A stretch of DNA of 22,888 nucleotides from Candidatus Methylomirabilota bacterium (GCA_046726415.1 JBKPAK010000352.1:1-22888); one strand, 5' to 3'. Numbered from the stretch's first letter, positions 7,981 through 16,046 are shown. Notes: a model not told the origin generated them from the sequence alone. Numbers and translations are program-made.

Positions 7981-8376
7981 TTGAACGCGCTGGGAAGGCA
8001 CCTGCTGCTCGAGTTGTTCGACTGCGACTTCGACGCCATCAACAACCTGGAGATCGTGAAGCGCACCCTCGTCGAAGCCGCCAAGCGCGCCCACGCCACG
8101 ATCGTCGATGTCGTGTTTCACGAGTTCAACCCCTTCGGGATCAGCGGCGTGGTGGTCATCGCCGAATCCCACCTTTCGATCCACACGTGGCCGGAGCACC
8201 GTTACGCCGCCGTCGATATCTTCTCCTGCGGCGAGGCGCTCAAGCCCGAGACGGCCGCCAACTACCTGGTCGAACGGTTCGGCGCCGAGCGAACCTCGGT
8301 GGTCGAATTGCAGCGCGGGCTGTTCCTGAACGTGCCCGCGCCCGCCTCCAACAAGACTCCTCTCGCCGTCAGGTGA
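7981..8376 (+). CDS. speD: S-adenosylmethionine decarboxylase proenzyme (class 1B, SpeD/SpeH)
   Basis: 'LGRHLLLELFDC', 'FHEFNPFGISGVVVIAESHLSIHTWPE' (Glu-Ser cleavage site) and 'DIFSCG'. TTG start lies 9 nt after SD GAGGAGG; an in-frame ATG at 7954 is an alternative. Confidence 0.93.
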   Translation: MNALGRHLLLELFDCDFDAINNLEIVKRTLVEAAKRAHATIVDVVFHEFNPFGISGVVVIAESHLSIHTWPEHRYAAVDIFSCGEALKPETAANYLVERFGAERTSVVELQRGLFLNVPAPASNKTPLAVR

Positions 8377-8401
8377 GGGGAGACCTCATCCCCGGCGCCT
8401 G

Positions 8402-9319
8402 ATGCTCAACCCGAAATCGTACAAGTGGTTCTTTGAGACCACCACTCCCGTCGAGGGACACATGCACGCCATCGTGCGGACGATCGTGGAGGTCCAGACC
8501 AAATTCCAGCACGTGGAGATCATGGAGACGGCCGCCTACGGCAAGGTGCTCGTCCTGGACGGGCGCATGCAGTCGAGCCAGGCCGACGAGTTCATCTACC
8601 ACGAGGCGCTCGTCCATCCCGGACTCCTGATGCTCGACGCGCCGCCGTCGAGCGCCCTCGTCATCGGGGGAGGGGAAGGGGCCACCGTGCGCGAGATCCT
8701 TCGCTATCCGTCGATCCGGCGCGTGGTCATGGTGGACATCGACGCGGAGGTGGTGGAGCTCTGCAAGCGCCATCTGCCCGAGATGCACCAGGGCGCCTTC
8801 GAGGATCCGCGCACGGAGTTTCGCGCCGAGGACGCGCGCGGCTACCTCGAGCGGACGCCCGACCGCTTCGATCTCATCGTCGTCGACCTCGTCGAGCCGC
8901 TGGAGGAAGGGCCGGCCTGCCTGCTCTTCACGCGCGAGTTCTATCAACTCGTGCGGGATCGCCTCACCCCGAGCGGGGCCATGACCATGCAGGCGGGGAT
9001 GACGAAGGTCGGTGAGCTGGACTTCTTCACCAGCATCCACCGCACCCTGCGCGAGGTCTTCCCCGTGGTGGCCGGTTACCAGACATTCATCTCGTGTTTC
9101 GGGATCCCCTGGGGGTTCATCGCGGCCGGGCGGAGCGAGCCCCGCGCGCTCAGCGTGAACGAGGTTGACCGCCGCATCGCCGACCGCGTGAAGGGGCCGC
9201 TGGCGTACTGGGACGGGCAGACGCATCAGCACGCCTTCCACCTTCCCAAGTTCATCCGCCGGGCGATCGACGAGCAGCGCCGCGTCATCACCGACGCCCA
9301 TCCGCTGATCGTGGTGTGA
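8402..9319 (+). CDS. speE: Polyamine aminopropyltransferase (spermidine synthase family, Thermus SpeE/thermospermine synthase-like)
   Basis: 'TKFQHVEI', 'GKVLVLDGRMQS..ADEFIYHEALVHP', 'IGGGEGATVRE', 'VDID', 'EDAR' and 'DLVEP'. Confidence 0.93.
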   Translation: MLNPKSYKWFFETTTPVEGHMHAIVRTIVEVQTKFQHVEIMETAAYGKVLVLDGRMQSSQADEFIYHEALVHPGLLMLDAPPSSALVIGGGEGATVREILRYPSIRRVVMVDIDAEVVELCKRHLPEMHQGAFEDPRTEFRAEDARGYLERTPDRFDLIVVDLVEPLEEGPACLLFTREFYQLVRDRLTPSGAMTMQAGMTKVGELDFFTSIHRTLREVFPVVAGYQTFISCFGIPWGFIAAGRSEPRALSVNEVDRRIADRVKGPLAYWDGQTHQHAFHLPKFIRRAIDEQRRVITDAHPLIVV

Positions 9320-9993
9320 TCCCGCGCGGGCGCGGGGGCGTGGCCGGCCGGGTGATCCTGGCCTCGGCCTCGCCGAGGCGCCGCGAGCTGCTCCGCTTCG
9401 TCTGTCCCGACTTCGATGTCCTCCCCAGCGGCGTCGACGAGACCCTCGAGGAGGCGCCCTCTGCGACGGCGGCCGCCGCGCTGGCCCTCCGCAAGGCCCG
9501 GGCGGTGGCGGCGCGGGCCCGCAGCGGGATCGTGCTGGCCGCCGACACCCTGGTCGTCGTGGATGGTATCGCCCTGGGCAAGCCATCGGGCGCGGAGGAC
9601 GCGCACGACATGCTGCGTCGCCTCTCGGGCCGCCCGCATCGCGTGATCACGGGCGTGGCGGTGGTAGAGGGGGAGAGCCGGCGCGAGCAATCAGAGGCCG
9701 CCGTCAGCCAGGTCTTCATGCGAGAGTTGCGGGCAGAGGAGATCGACGCCTACGTGGCGAGCGGCGAGCCCTACGACAAGGCCGGGGCCTACGCGATTCA
9801 GGGCCTCGGTGGTCGTCTGGTGGCGGCCCTGCTCGGCTCGTACACCAACGTGGTCGGCTTCCCTCTGCCCGCCGTCCGCCGCCTCCTGGCGAGCTTCGGA
9901 TTCCCAGAGGCGCGCGAGAGGCTCAGTGGACTGTCGCGAGGGCGCGGCGCAGCGGCTCCAGGCGAAGCATGTCCTCGGGGCGCGGGAGCTTGA
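9316..9993 (+). CDS. maf: Maf/YhdE-family nucleoside triphosphate pyrophosphatase
   Basis: 'ILASASPRRRELL', 'LAADTLV', 'LGKP', 'LSGRPHRVITGV', 'DKAGAYAIQG' and 'NVVGFP'. GTGA overlap with the speE stop; GTG 9340 is an alternative start. Confidence 0.92.
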   Translation: MIPRGRGGVAGRVILASASPRRRELLRFVCPDFDVLPSGVDETLEEAPSATAAAALALRKARAVAARARSGIVLAADTLVVVDGIALGKPSGAEDAHDMLRRLSGRPHRVITGVAVVEGESRREQSEAAVSQVFMRELRAEEIDAYVASGEPYDKAGAYAIQGLGGRLVAALLGSYTNVVGFPLPAVRRLLASFGFPEARERLSGLSRGRGAAAPGEACPRGAGA

Positions 9994-10885
9994 GCGAGGC
10001 GGGGAGCGGTTGGTGAGCCCGAATCAACTCGATGGTGCGGCGAAGCTGATCGGGCTTCACGCCTCCGCCGGGAAGGTAGCTTTCGCGCATTGCCGCCAGC
10101 CGCGTCTCGAATTCCTCGGGCAAGCCGACAACCTGAGACGGCAGGCGCTGCGCCAGCTCGGCCACCGACGCGCGGCGGATCCTCTCTTCGGCGGCCAGGA
10201 GGGCGCGGCTGAAGCCGGACAGATCACGGTCGCTCACGCGACGATCGTTGCCGGCGAACACGGCGGCGTTGACGGTCGGCCCACCGAGGACGCGGCTCAC
10301 TCCGGCCGGCGAGCGAAGGTCGGCGAAGGAGGACACTCGGCCGCCGGCCAGCATGCGGGTGGCGACCGGGTCGGCGACCATGCCCGCCTGAACGTCTCCA
10401 CCTTCGAGCGCGGCTTCGATCCGCCGCGAGCCCAGGCTCACGAGCTGGACCTGACCCGCCCTGATGTTGGCCGCGTCGAGGATGCCGAGGAGCCAGGTGT
10501 GTTCCGGCGCCCCGGGCGCGGCGAGGCCGACCTTGAGGCCGCCCAGCTTCGGTAGCGACCCGGACGCGCCCGCGGCAGACGCGACGAGCAAGACCACCGG
10601 GGGCGCGGCGGTCAGACCGAAGACGAGCTTGGCGATGGGCGCCGTGGGCCGACTCCCGAAGCGCAGCAATGCCTCGAGCGAAGTGGCGGCCAGGTCCGCT
10701 TGGCCCTGAGCAAGGGCCTCGGCCGCGCCCACTTCGGCCCGAGTCGTGCGCAGGGCGATGCTCAGCCCCTCCCGCGCAAAGTAGCCCTCGGCTTCGGCCA
10801 CGCGGAGCGGGAGATACTCTGGTGATGTCGGGGGACCGCTCACCGCGACAACGAGACTCTGGAGCAGGAGGATGAGCCCGAGCAT
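9923..10885 (-). CDS. SsuA/THI5/NMT1-like ABC transporter substrate-binding protein
   Basis: Short hydrophobic N-terminus, 'YLPLRVAEAEGYFAREGL', 'ALAQGQADLA', 'LGGLKVGLAAPGA' and 'AALEGGDVQAG...DP'. Confidence 0.82.
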   Translation of the reverse strand: MLGLILLLQSLVVAVSGPPTSPEYLPLRVAEAEGYFAREGLSIALRTTRAEVGAAEALAQGQADLAATSLEALLRFGSRPTAPIAKLVFGLTAAPPVVLLVASAAGASGSLPKLGGLKVGLAAPGAPEHTWLLGILDAANIRAGQVQLVSLGSRRIEAALEGGDVQAGMVADPVATRMLAGGRVSSFADLRSPAGVSRVLGGPTVNAAVFAGNDRRVSDRDLSGFSRALLAAEERIRRASVAELAQRLPSQVVGLPEEFETRLAAMRESYLPGGGVKPDQLRRTIELIRAHQPLPASLKLPRPEDMLRLEPLRRALATVH

Positions 10886-10922
10886 CGAATCAGGGCGTCC
10901 GCTTCTCGCGGGATGGCGGAGG

Positions 10923-11675
10923 ATGCCCGGGCCGCCGCGAGATTACGCCAAGGCGCGGCTGCTCCGGCTCTACGTCGCTCTCGAGCGGCGCTTCGGGGCG
11001 CAGCACTGGTGGCTCCACAGGACGTCGTTCGAGATCGCGGTCGGGGCCGTCCTCGTCCGGCTCACGGCCTGGCCAGACGCGGCACGCGCCGTTCGCGAAT
11101 TGCGCTCCCGCGGTCTGTTGAATCCGGCCAAGCTGGCCGCGGCCACCGCGCGCGACGTCGCCGACGCCGTGCAGGCGGCCGGGGCGTCCCGGGTAACGGC
11201 CCGCCCGGTGCGCGCCTTCACGCGCTGGCTGCTCGAGCGCTTCGGCGGCCGCTTCCACGGCATGCGGCGGGCGCCGCTCTCGTCCCTTCGAAAGAACCTG
11301 CTCGGGGTGGCGGGCATCGGGCGGGAGACGGCGGACGTCATCCTGCTCTATGCGGCCCATCGTCCGGTGTTCGCGGTCGACGAGCACACGAGGCGCGTGC
11401 TGAGTCGCCATCAGCTCACCCCTCCCCGCGCGCCGTACGAGGCGATGCGAGCCTTCATGGAATCGCACCTGCCCTCGGATCCCGTCCTCTTCGGCGAGTA
11501 TCGCGCGCTCCTCGTGGCGGTGGGCAAGGTGTACTGCCGCGCCGTTCCGCGCTGTGATCCGTGTCCGCTTCGCTTCGACCTCATCAACGTCGTCGGACGT
11601 CGAGGACGACGTCGGCCAGGCGCTCGGCGGCGTTCGGCACGGTCAGGGCCCGAGCCCGATCGCCCATCTCCTTGA
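10923..11675 (+). CDS. Endonuclease III-related HhH-GPD DNA glycosylase-like protein
   Basis: 'GAQHWW...SFEIAVGAVL', HhH 'LLGVAGIGRETADVILLYA', 'VFAVDEHTRRV' and Cys cluster 'CRAVPRCDPCPL'. Start uncertain (10872 or 10923). Confidence 0.82.
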   Translation: MPGPPRDYAKARLLRLYVALERRFGAQHWWLHRTSFEIAVGAVLVRLTAWPDAARAVRELRSRGLLNPAKLAAATARDVADAVQAAGASRVTARPVRAFTRWLLERFGGRFHGMRRAPLSSLRKNLLGVAGIGRETADVILLYAAHRPVFAVDEHTRRVLSRHQLTPPRAPYEAMRAFMESHLPSDPVLFGEYRALLVAVGKVYCRAVPRCDPCPLRFDLINVVGRRGRRRPGARRRSARSGPEPDRPSP

Positions 11676-12699
11676 GGCGGCCCGGCTCGCCGAGGAGTTC
11701 CCCGATGGCCGTGGTGAGCGAGGCGGGCGTGAGCGATGGCTGCGGGAGGACTACGGCGCCTCCCTCCCGTTCCACCATGCGCGCATTGGCGGTCTGCTCG
11801 TCGCCGCTGGTGCCGGGAAGCGGGATGTACAGCGCGGGCAGCCCGAGCTGGCAGCACTCGTTGAGGGTGCCCGCTCCGGCGCGCGTGACGACCAAGGTCG
11901 CCGCCGCGTAAACGTCGGCCAGTTCCGTGTCCACGTAGGGGGCGACGGTGTAACGGCGCGCGAGCGCGGCGGGCAAGTGCGCTCGCCGCTCGTCCAGCCA
12001 GCGACGATCGCCCGTGGTGGGATTGTCCCCACACTGGTGAATCACCTGCGTCAGCGCCAGCAGATCTTCCAGCGCCTCGCCCACCGTGCGATTGATCCGC
12101 CAAGCGCCCTGAGCGCCCCCAGTGATGTAGATCATCGGAACGGCCGGATCGAGTCCGAACCGGGCGATGGCGGCGTCGCGCTTGCCCGCGCGCAGCTCGG
12201 GCCGGAGCGGGTTGCCGGTCAGCACGACCCTGTCGCGCGGGAAGCGCGACAGGGTCGCCTCCCAGCTCACGGCGATCCGCTGGGCTAAGCGGGCGGCGAT
12301 GCGATTGGCGAGACCGGGGACGCTGGTCTGCTCGTGGACGACGACCGGGATGCGCGCGGTGGCGGCGGCCACGACCACCGGTAGCGCGACGAAGCCGCCC
12401 GTGCCGAGCACCACCGCTGGTCGGAGGCGGAACAGGAGACGACGGGCCTGGACGATGCCAGCGGGGACATTCACCGCGAGATCGCTCACGTTGTGCCAGT
12501 CCCAGTACCGCCGCAGCTTGCCGGTCGAGATGGCGTGAAACGGAATGCCCTGCCGGGGGACGCGACTGGCCTCGATGCCCCGCTGGCTTCCAATCCACGC
12601 ACACGCAATGGCTCGCTCGCGGAGCACGGCGGCGACGGCCAGCCCGGGACTCGTGTGGCCTCCGGTTCCCCCGCCGGCGATGACGACGGGGCCTCCCAT
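11584..12699 (-). CDS. murG: Undecaprenyldiphospho-muramoylpentapeptide beta-N-acetylglucosaminyltransferase
   Basis: 'IAGGGTGGH', 'TGKLRRY', 'GTGGFVALP', 'HEQTSVPGLANR', 'TGNPLR', 'TGGAQGA', 'RAGAGT' and 'DEQTANA'. ATG overlaps the ddl stop (TGATG). Confidence 0.93.
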   Translation of the reverse strand: MGGPVVIAGGGTGGHTSPGLAVAAVLRERAIACAWIGSQRGIEASRVPRQGIPFHAISTGKLRRYWDWHNVSDLAVNVPAGIVQARRLLFRLRPAVVLGTGGFVALPVVVAAATARIPVVVHEQTSVPGLANRIAARLAQRIAVSWEATLSRFPRDRVVLTGNPLRPELRAGKRDAAIARFGLDPAVPMIYITGGAQGAWRINRTVGEALEDLLALTQVIHQCGDNPTTGDRRWLDERRAHLPAALARRYTVAPYVDTELADVYAAATLVVTRAGAGTLNECCQLGLPALYIPLPGTSGDEQTANARMVEREGGAVVLPQPSLTPASLTTAIGELLGEPGRLKEMGDRARALTVPNAAERLADVVLDVRRR

Positions 12700-13832
12700 C
12701 ACGCCGGCGCGGACCCGGCTCCCTTCTCCCGGTGCCGCTCGAGGGCCAGGTCGAGGAGCCGCTCGACGAGGGCGTCGTAGGGGAGGCCGCTGGCTTCCCA
12801 CAGGCGCGCATAGGCGCTCGTCGACGTGAAGCCGGGAATCGTGTTGATCTCGTTGACGAGCGGCCGCTCGCCCTCGAGAAAGAAGTCCACGCGGGCCATG
12901 CCCGCGCAGTCGATGGCGCGGAAGGCGGTTACCGCGAGCTCTTGGATGCGGGTGGTGAGCGCCGGCGAGATTGGCGCCGGAACGACGACGCGCGCCTGAC
13001 CTTCCACATACTTGGTCGTGTAGTCGTACCAGTCGCTGTCGTAGCGGATCTCGCCGGGCAACGAGGCCACGGGCCGGTCGTTGCCGAGGACGCTGACTTC
13101 CACCTCGCGGCCTCGCGCGGCGCGCTCGACCACGATCTTGCGGTCGTGGCGAGCTGCCTCGTCCATGGCGGCGGGCAGCCCGTCGGCGTCAGCCACCTTG
13201 CGTATGCCCACGCTCGAGCCGAGATTAGACGGTTTTGTGAAGCAAGGGAAACCGAGTGTCTCGGCGATGCGCTGGCCAATACGCGCGGGTGAGTGCCGCC
13301 ATTCGCTTCGCAGGATGACGAGATGCTCCACGACGGGGAGCCCATGGGCGATGAAGAGCGCTTTCATCGTTGCCTTGTCCATGCCCACAGCCGACGCTAG
13401 GACGCCGGCCCCGACGTACGGGAGATCGGCCAGCTCGAGCAGGCCCTGGACCGTTCCGTCCTCGCCGTAAGGACCATGCAGCATGATCACCACGGCGTCG
13501 AGTCCGTGGCGCAGCTCAGGCGGCAGGCCACCGGCCGGCTCGTGGCGGACGAGGGCGGTGGACGGCGCGCTCCGCGCTTCGGCGCGCTTGGCCAGGGCCT
13601 TCTTCACGGAGCCGGTGGGATCACCGCTCGGAAGAGCTACGCGCGCTTCGGCGGCGAGGGCGCCCAGGGCGTCGCCGCCCACCACCCACCGCCCGTCGCG
13701 CGCGATGCCGATGGGGACGACGGCGTGTCCCAATCGGTCGAGGGCGCCCATGACCGAGGCCGCGGAGGCGAGGGATACCTCGTGCTCACCCGAGCGACCG
13801 CCGAAGATGACGCCGACCCGGCGCGCAGACAT
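12699..13832 (-). CDS. ddl: D-alanine--D-alanine ligase
   Basis: 'FGGRSGEHEVSLASA', 'LHGPYGEDGTVQG', 'GMDK', 'KPSNLGSSVG', 'YDYTTKY', 'RVDFF' and 'NEINTIPGFT'. Confidence 0.96.
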   Translation of the reverse strand: MSARRVGVIFGGRSGEHEVSLASAASVMGALDRLGHAVVPIGIARDGRWVVGGDALGALAAEARVALPSGDPTGSVKKALAKRAEARSAPSTALVRHEPAGGLPPELRHGLDAVVIMLHGPYGEDGTVQGLLELADLPYVGAGVLASAVGMDKATMKALFIAHGLPVVEHLVILRSEWRHSPARIGQRIAETLGFPCFTKPSNLGSSVGIRKVADADGLPAAMDEAARHDRKIVVERAARGREVEVSVLGNDRPVASLPGEIRYDSDWYDYTTKYVEGQARVVVPAPISPALTTRIQELAVTAFRAIDCAGMARVDFFLEGERPLVNEINTIPGFTSTSAYARLWEASGLPYDALVERLLDLALERHREKGAGSAPA

Positions 13833-13839
13833 CGCCCGT

Positions 13840-13848
13840 ATTCTAGCA
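13840..13848 (-). promoter_or_regulatory. Extended -10 promoter (TGcTAGAAT) for a probably leaderless ddl mRNA
   Basis: Minus strand reads TGCTAGAAT, 7 nt, then ATG (13832), with no SD. Confidence 0.6.
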
Positions 13849-13876
13849 GGCAGCTTCTCGCATCCCGCGAGATGCG

Positions 13877-15256
13877 TCAGGGATCCCGCGCTTTTCGCTG
13901 GCTCCTTCGCACGCGCCAGGCTTCCAGTCGACGCGATAGCTCGGCCTCGAGCCCTCGGTCGACCGGGCGATAGTAGAGGCGTCCCCGGAGCGATTCCGGC
14001 AGATGCTCCTGGCCCACGATGGCGTCGGGTGCGTCGTGAGCATACTGGTAGCCGGCCCCGTAGCCTAGCTCCTGCATCAACTTGGTGGGGGCATTGCGGA
14101 GATGGAGCGGCACCGGCTCCGACGGACGGTCCTGGATGTCGCCCTTCACTTCGTTGAAGGCCACATAGGCGGCGTTCGACTTCGGCGCCAGAGCCAGATA
14201 GAGGGTGGCCTGGGCGAGAGCGAGCTCGCCCTCGGGCGATCCGAGGAAGTCGTAGGCATCCTTGGCCGCAAGCGTCAGGCTGAGTGCTCCGGGGTCGGCG
14301 TTGCCCACGTCCTCGGACGCGAAGCGCACGAGCCGGCGGGCCACGTAGAGCGGCTCTTCGCCTGACTCCAGCATGCGCGTCATCCAGTAGAGGGCACCGT
14401 CGGGGTCGGAGTCGCGCAAGGATTTGTGGAGCGCGGAGATGAGGTTGTAATGCTCCTCGCCGGCCTTGTCGTAGAGCAGGGTCTTCCGCTGGGCAGCCTC
14501 CATGATGCTGGCGTCGGTCACCCGGCGCCGACCCTCGCTCTCGGAGGTCAGGCGTGCCGCGAGGTCGAGGATCGTCAGGGCCGCGCGGGCGTCGGCGTTC
14601 GCCAGACGCGCGATGAGCGCGCGCGCCTCGTCCGTGACCTCGACGCCGAGACTACCCAGGCCCCGCTCGCGATCGGTCAGAGCCCGCTCGAGAATGACGG
14701 TGAGCTGATCGTCCGTGAGCCCACGGAGCACGTACACGCGGCAGCGCGAGAGCAGGGCCGCATTGACCTCGAAAGACGGGTTCTCCGTAGTGGCGCCGAT
14801 GAGGATGACGGTCCCCTTCTCGACGTGGGGCAAGAAGGCGTCCTGCTGCGAGCGGTTGAAGCGATGGATCTCGTCGACGAAGAGAATCGTCTGGATCTCT
14901 CGGCGGCGCCGCTCGGCCTCAGCCTCGGCGACGACCTCGCGGATCTCCTTCACGCCCGAGAGCACCGCGGAGAAGGCCACGAAGCGAGCCCCCGCCACCG
15001 AGGCCATCAGAGAGGCGAGCGTGGTCTTCCCCGAGCCCGGCGGGCCCCAGAGGATCATCGAGTGCAACTGGCCGGTCTCCACGGCGACCCTCAGCACCCG
15101 GCCCGGGCCGAGCAGATGCTCCTGGCCCACCACCTCGTCCAGCGAGCGCGGGCGCATCCGATCGGCGAGGGGAGTGGTGCCTCGGGGGGTGCCCGGGCTC
15201 TCGCGGGCGCGCGGCGGAGGCCGCCTCGTTGGGGCCGCCTCGCCGAAGAGATCCAC
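13877..15256 (-). CDS. rarA: Replication-associated recombination protein A (MgsA) AAA+ ATPase
   Basis: 'PLADRMRP', Walker A 'GPPGSGKTT', 'FVDEIHRFN', 'GATTENPSF', 'SALHKSLR.SDPD', 'ASEDVGNADP', 'PKSNA', 'VPLHLRNAPT' and 'GYQYAHD'. Confidence 0.96.
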   Translation of the reverse strand: MDLFGEAAPTRRPPPRARESPGTPRGTTPLADRMRPRSLDEVVGQEHLLGPGRVLRVAVETGQLHSMILWGPPGSGKTTLASLMASVAGARFVAFSAVLSGVKEIREVVAEAEAERRRREIQTILFVDEIHRFNRSQQDAFLPHVEKGTVILIGATTENPSFEVNAALLSRCRVYVLRGLTDDQLTVILERALTDRERGLGSLGVEVTDEARALIARLANADARAALTILDLAARLTSESEGRRRVTDASIMEAAQRKTLLYDKAGEEHYNLISALHKSLRDSDPDGALYWMTRMLESGEEPLYVARRLVRFASEDVGNADPGALSLTLAAKDAYDFLGSPEGELALAQATLYLALAPKSNAAYVAFNEVKGDIQDRPSEPVPLHLRNAPTKLMQELGYGAGYQYAHDAPDAIVGQEHLPESLRGRLYYRPVDRGLEAELSRRLEAWRVRRSQRKARDP

Positions 15257-15258
15257 GG

Positions 15259-15930
15259 CTAGTCCGGCTCGGGCAGGGTGGCCAGGAGCGCAGGGAGATC
15301 GCCGAGATGTGCGAGGTGGGCGACGGGCGCCACGTGCCAGCGCTCCAGGTCCGCGGCGTTGCTCTGGTAGGCGATGAACGGCACGCCGGCGGCGCTGGCC
15401 GCCACGCCGTCCACCCAGGAATCGCCGACCACGAAGGCGTGCGGCGCCCCATTGCGCGCGTGGCCGGACACCGTGAGCGCGGCGATCCGCTCGGCGATCA
15501 CGCGCCAGCCATCCGGATCCGGCTTGAGCTGCCGCATGTCATCCCGTGTCACCACGACGTCCAGCACCTGGTCGAGGCCGAAGCGGCCGAGGGCCTGCGC
15601 GCTGATCTCTCGCGCGTTGTTCGTCCAGAGCGCTGTCCGGAAGCCAGCGGCCCGTGCTCCCCGCACGGCCTCGAGCGCCCCCGGCTCGAGGGTCGCCGCG
15701 CTGAGCGCCCGCCACTCGTGATCCAGAGCGATGGACCACAGCTCGTTTTCGAGGACCGGAGCCTCACGCTGGCAGAGGGCAATCAGCTCTCCGACCCGGT
15801 AGCGGTCGGGCCTCGCCGGCAAGGGCTGGTAGCGCGCCTCGAGGCAGCCGCGCATGTCGAAGGCCATCGCCGCGAGGTCGAGGGGCGAACGGACGAGCGT
15901 GTGATCGAGGTCGAAGGCACAGAGGCGCAC
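15259..15930 (-). CDS. HAD-superfamily hydrolase (phosphoglycolate phosphatase-like)
   Basis: Motif I 'AFDLDHTL', II 'LWTNN', III 'KPDPDG' and IV 'VVGDSWVD'. GTG start at 15930. Confidence 0.88.
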   Translation of the reverse strand: MRLCAFDLDHTLVRSPLDLAAMAFDMRGCLEARYQPLPARPDRYRVGELIALCQREAPVLENELWSIALDHEWRALSAATLEPGALEAVRGARAAGFRTALWTNNAREISAQALGRFGLDQVLDVVVTRDDMRQLKPDPDGWRVIAERIAALTVSGHARNGAPHAFVVGDSWVDGVAASAAGVPFIAYQSNAADLERWHVAPVAHLAHLGDLPALLATLPEPD

Positions 15931-16046
15931 CCATCGACGGTAACATACCGTATGGCGGGCCACCTTCAGTAAGCTCGCCTCGAATGGCGGGGCCCCAGCC
16001 CCGCGACATCCTGCGGCTCGCAATGCTTCACGGTAAGATGATCGAC

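Noticed and set aside
12699..13832. Vancomycin-resistance (D-Ala-D-Lac) ligase
   Set aside because: The omega loop 'YDYTTKY' is the D-Ala-D-Ala type, and there are no vanH/vanX/vanRS neighbours.
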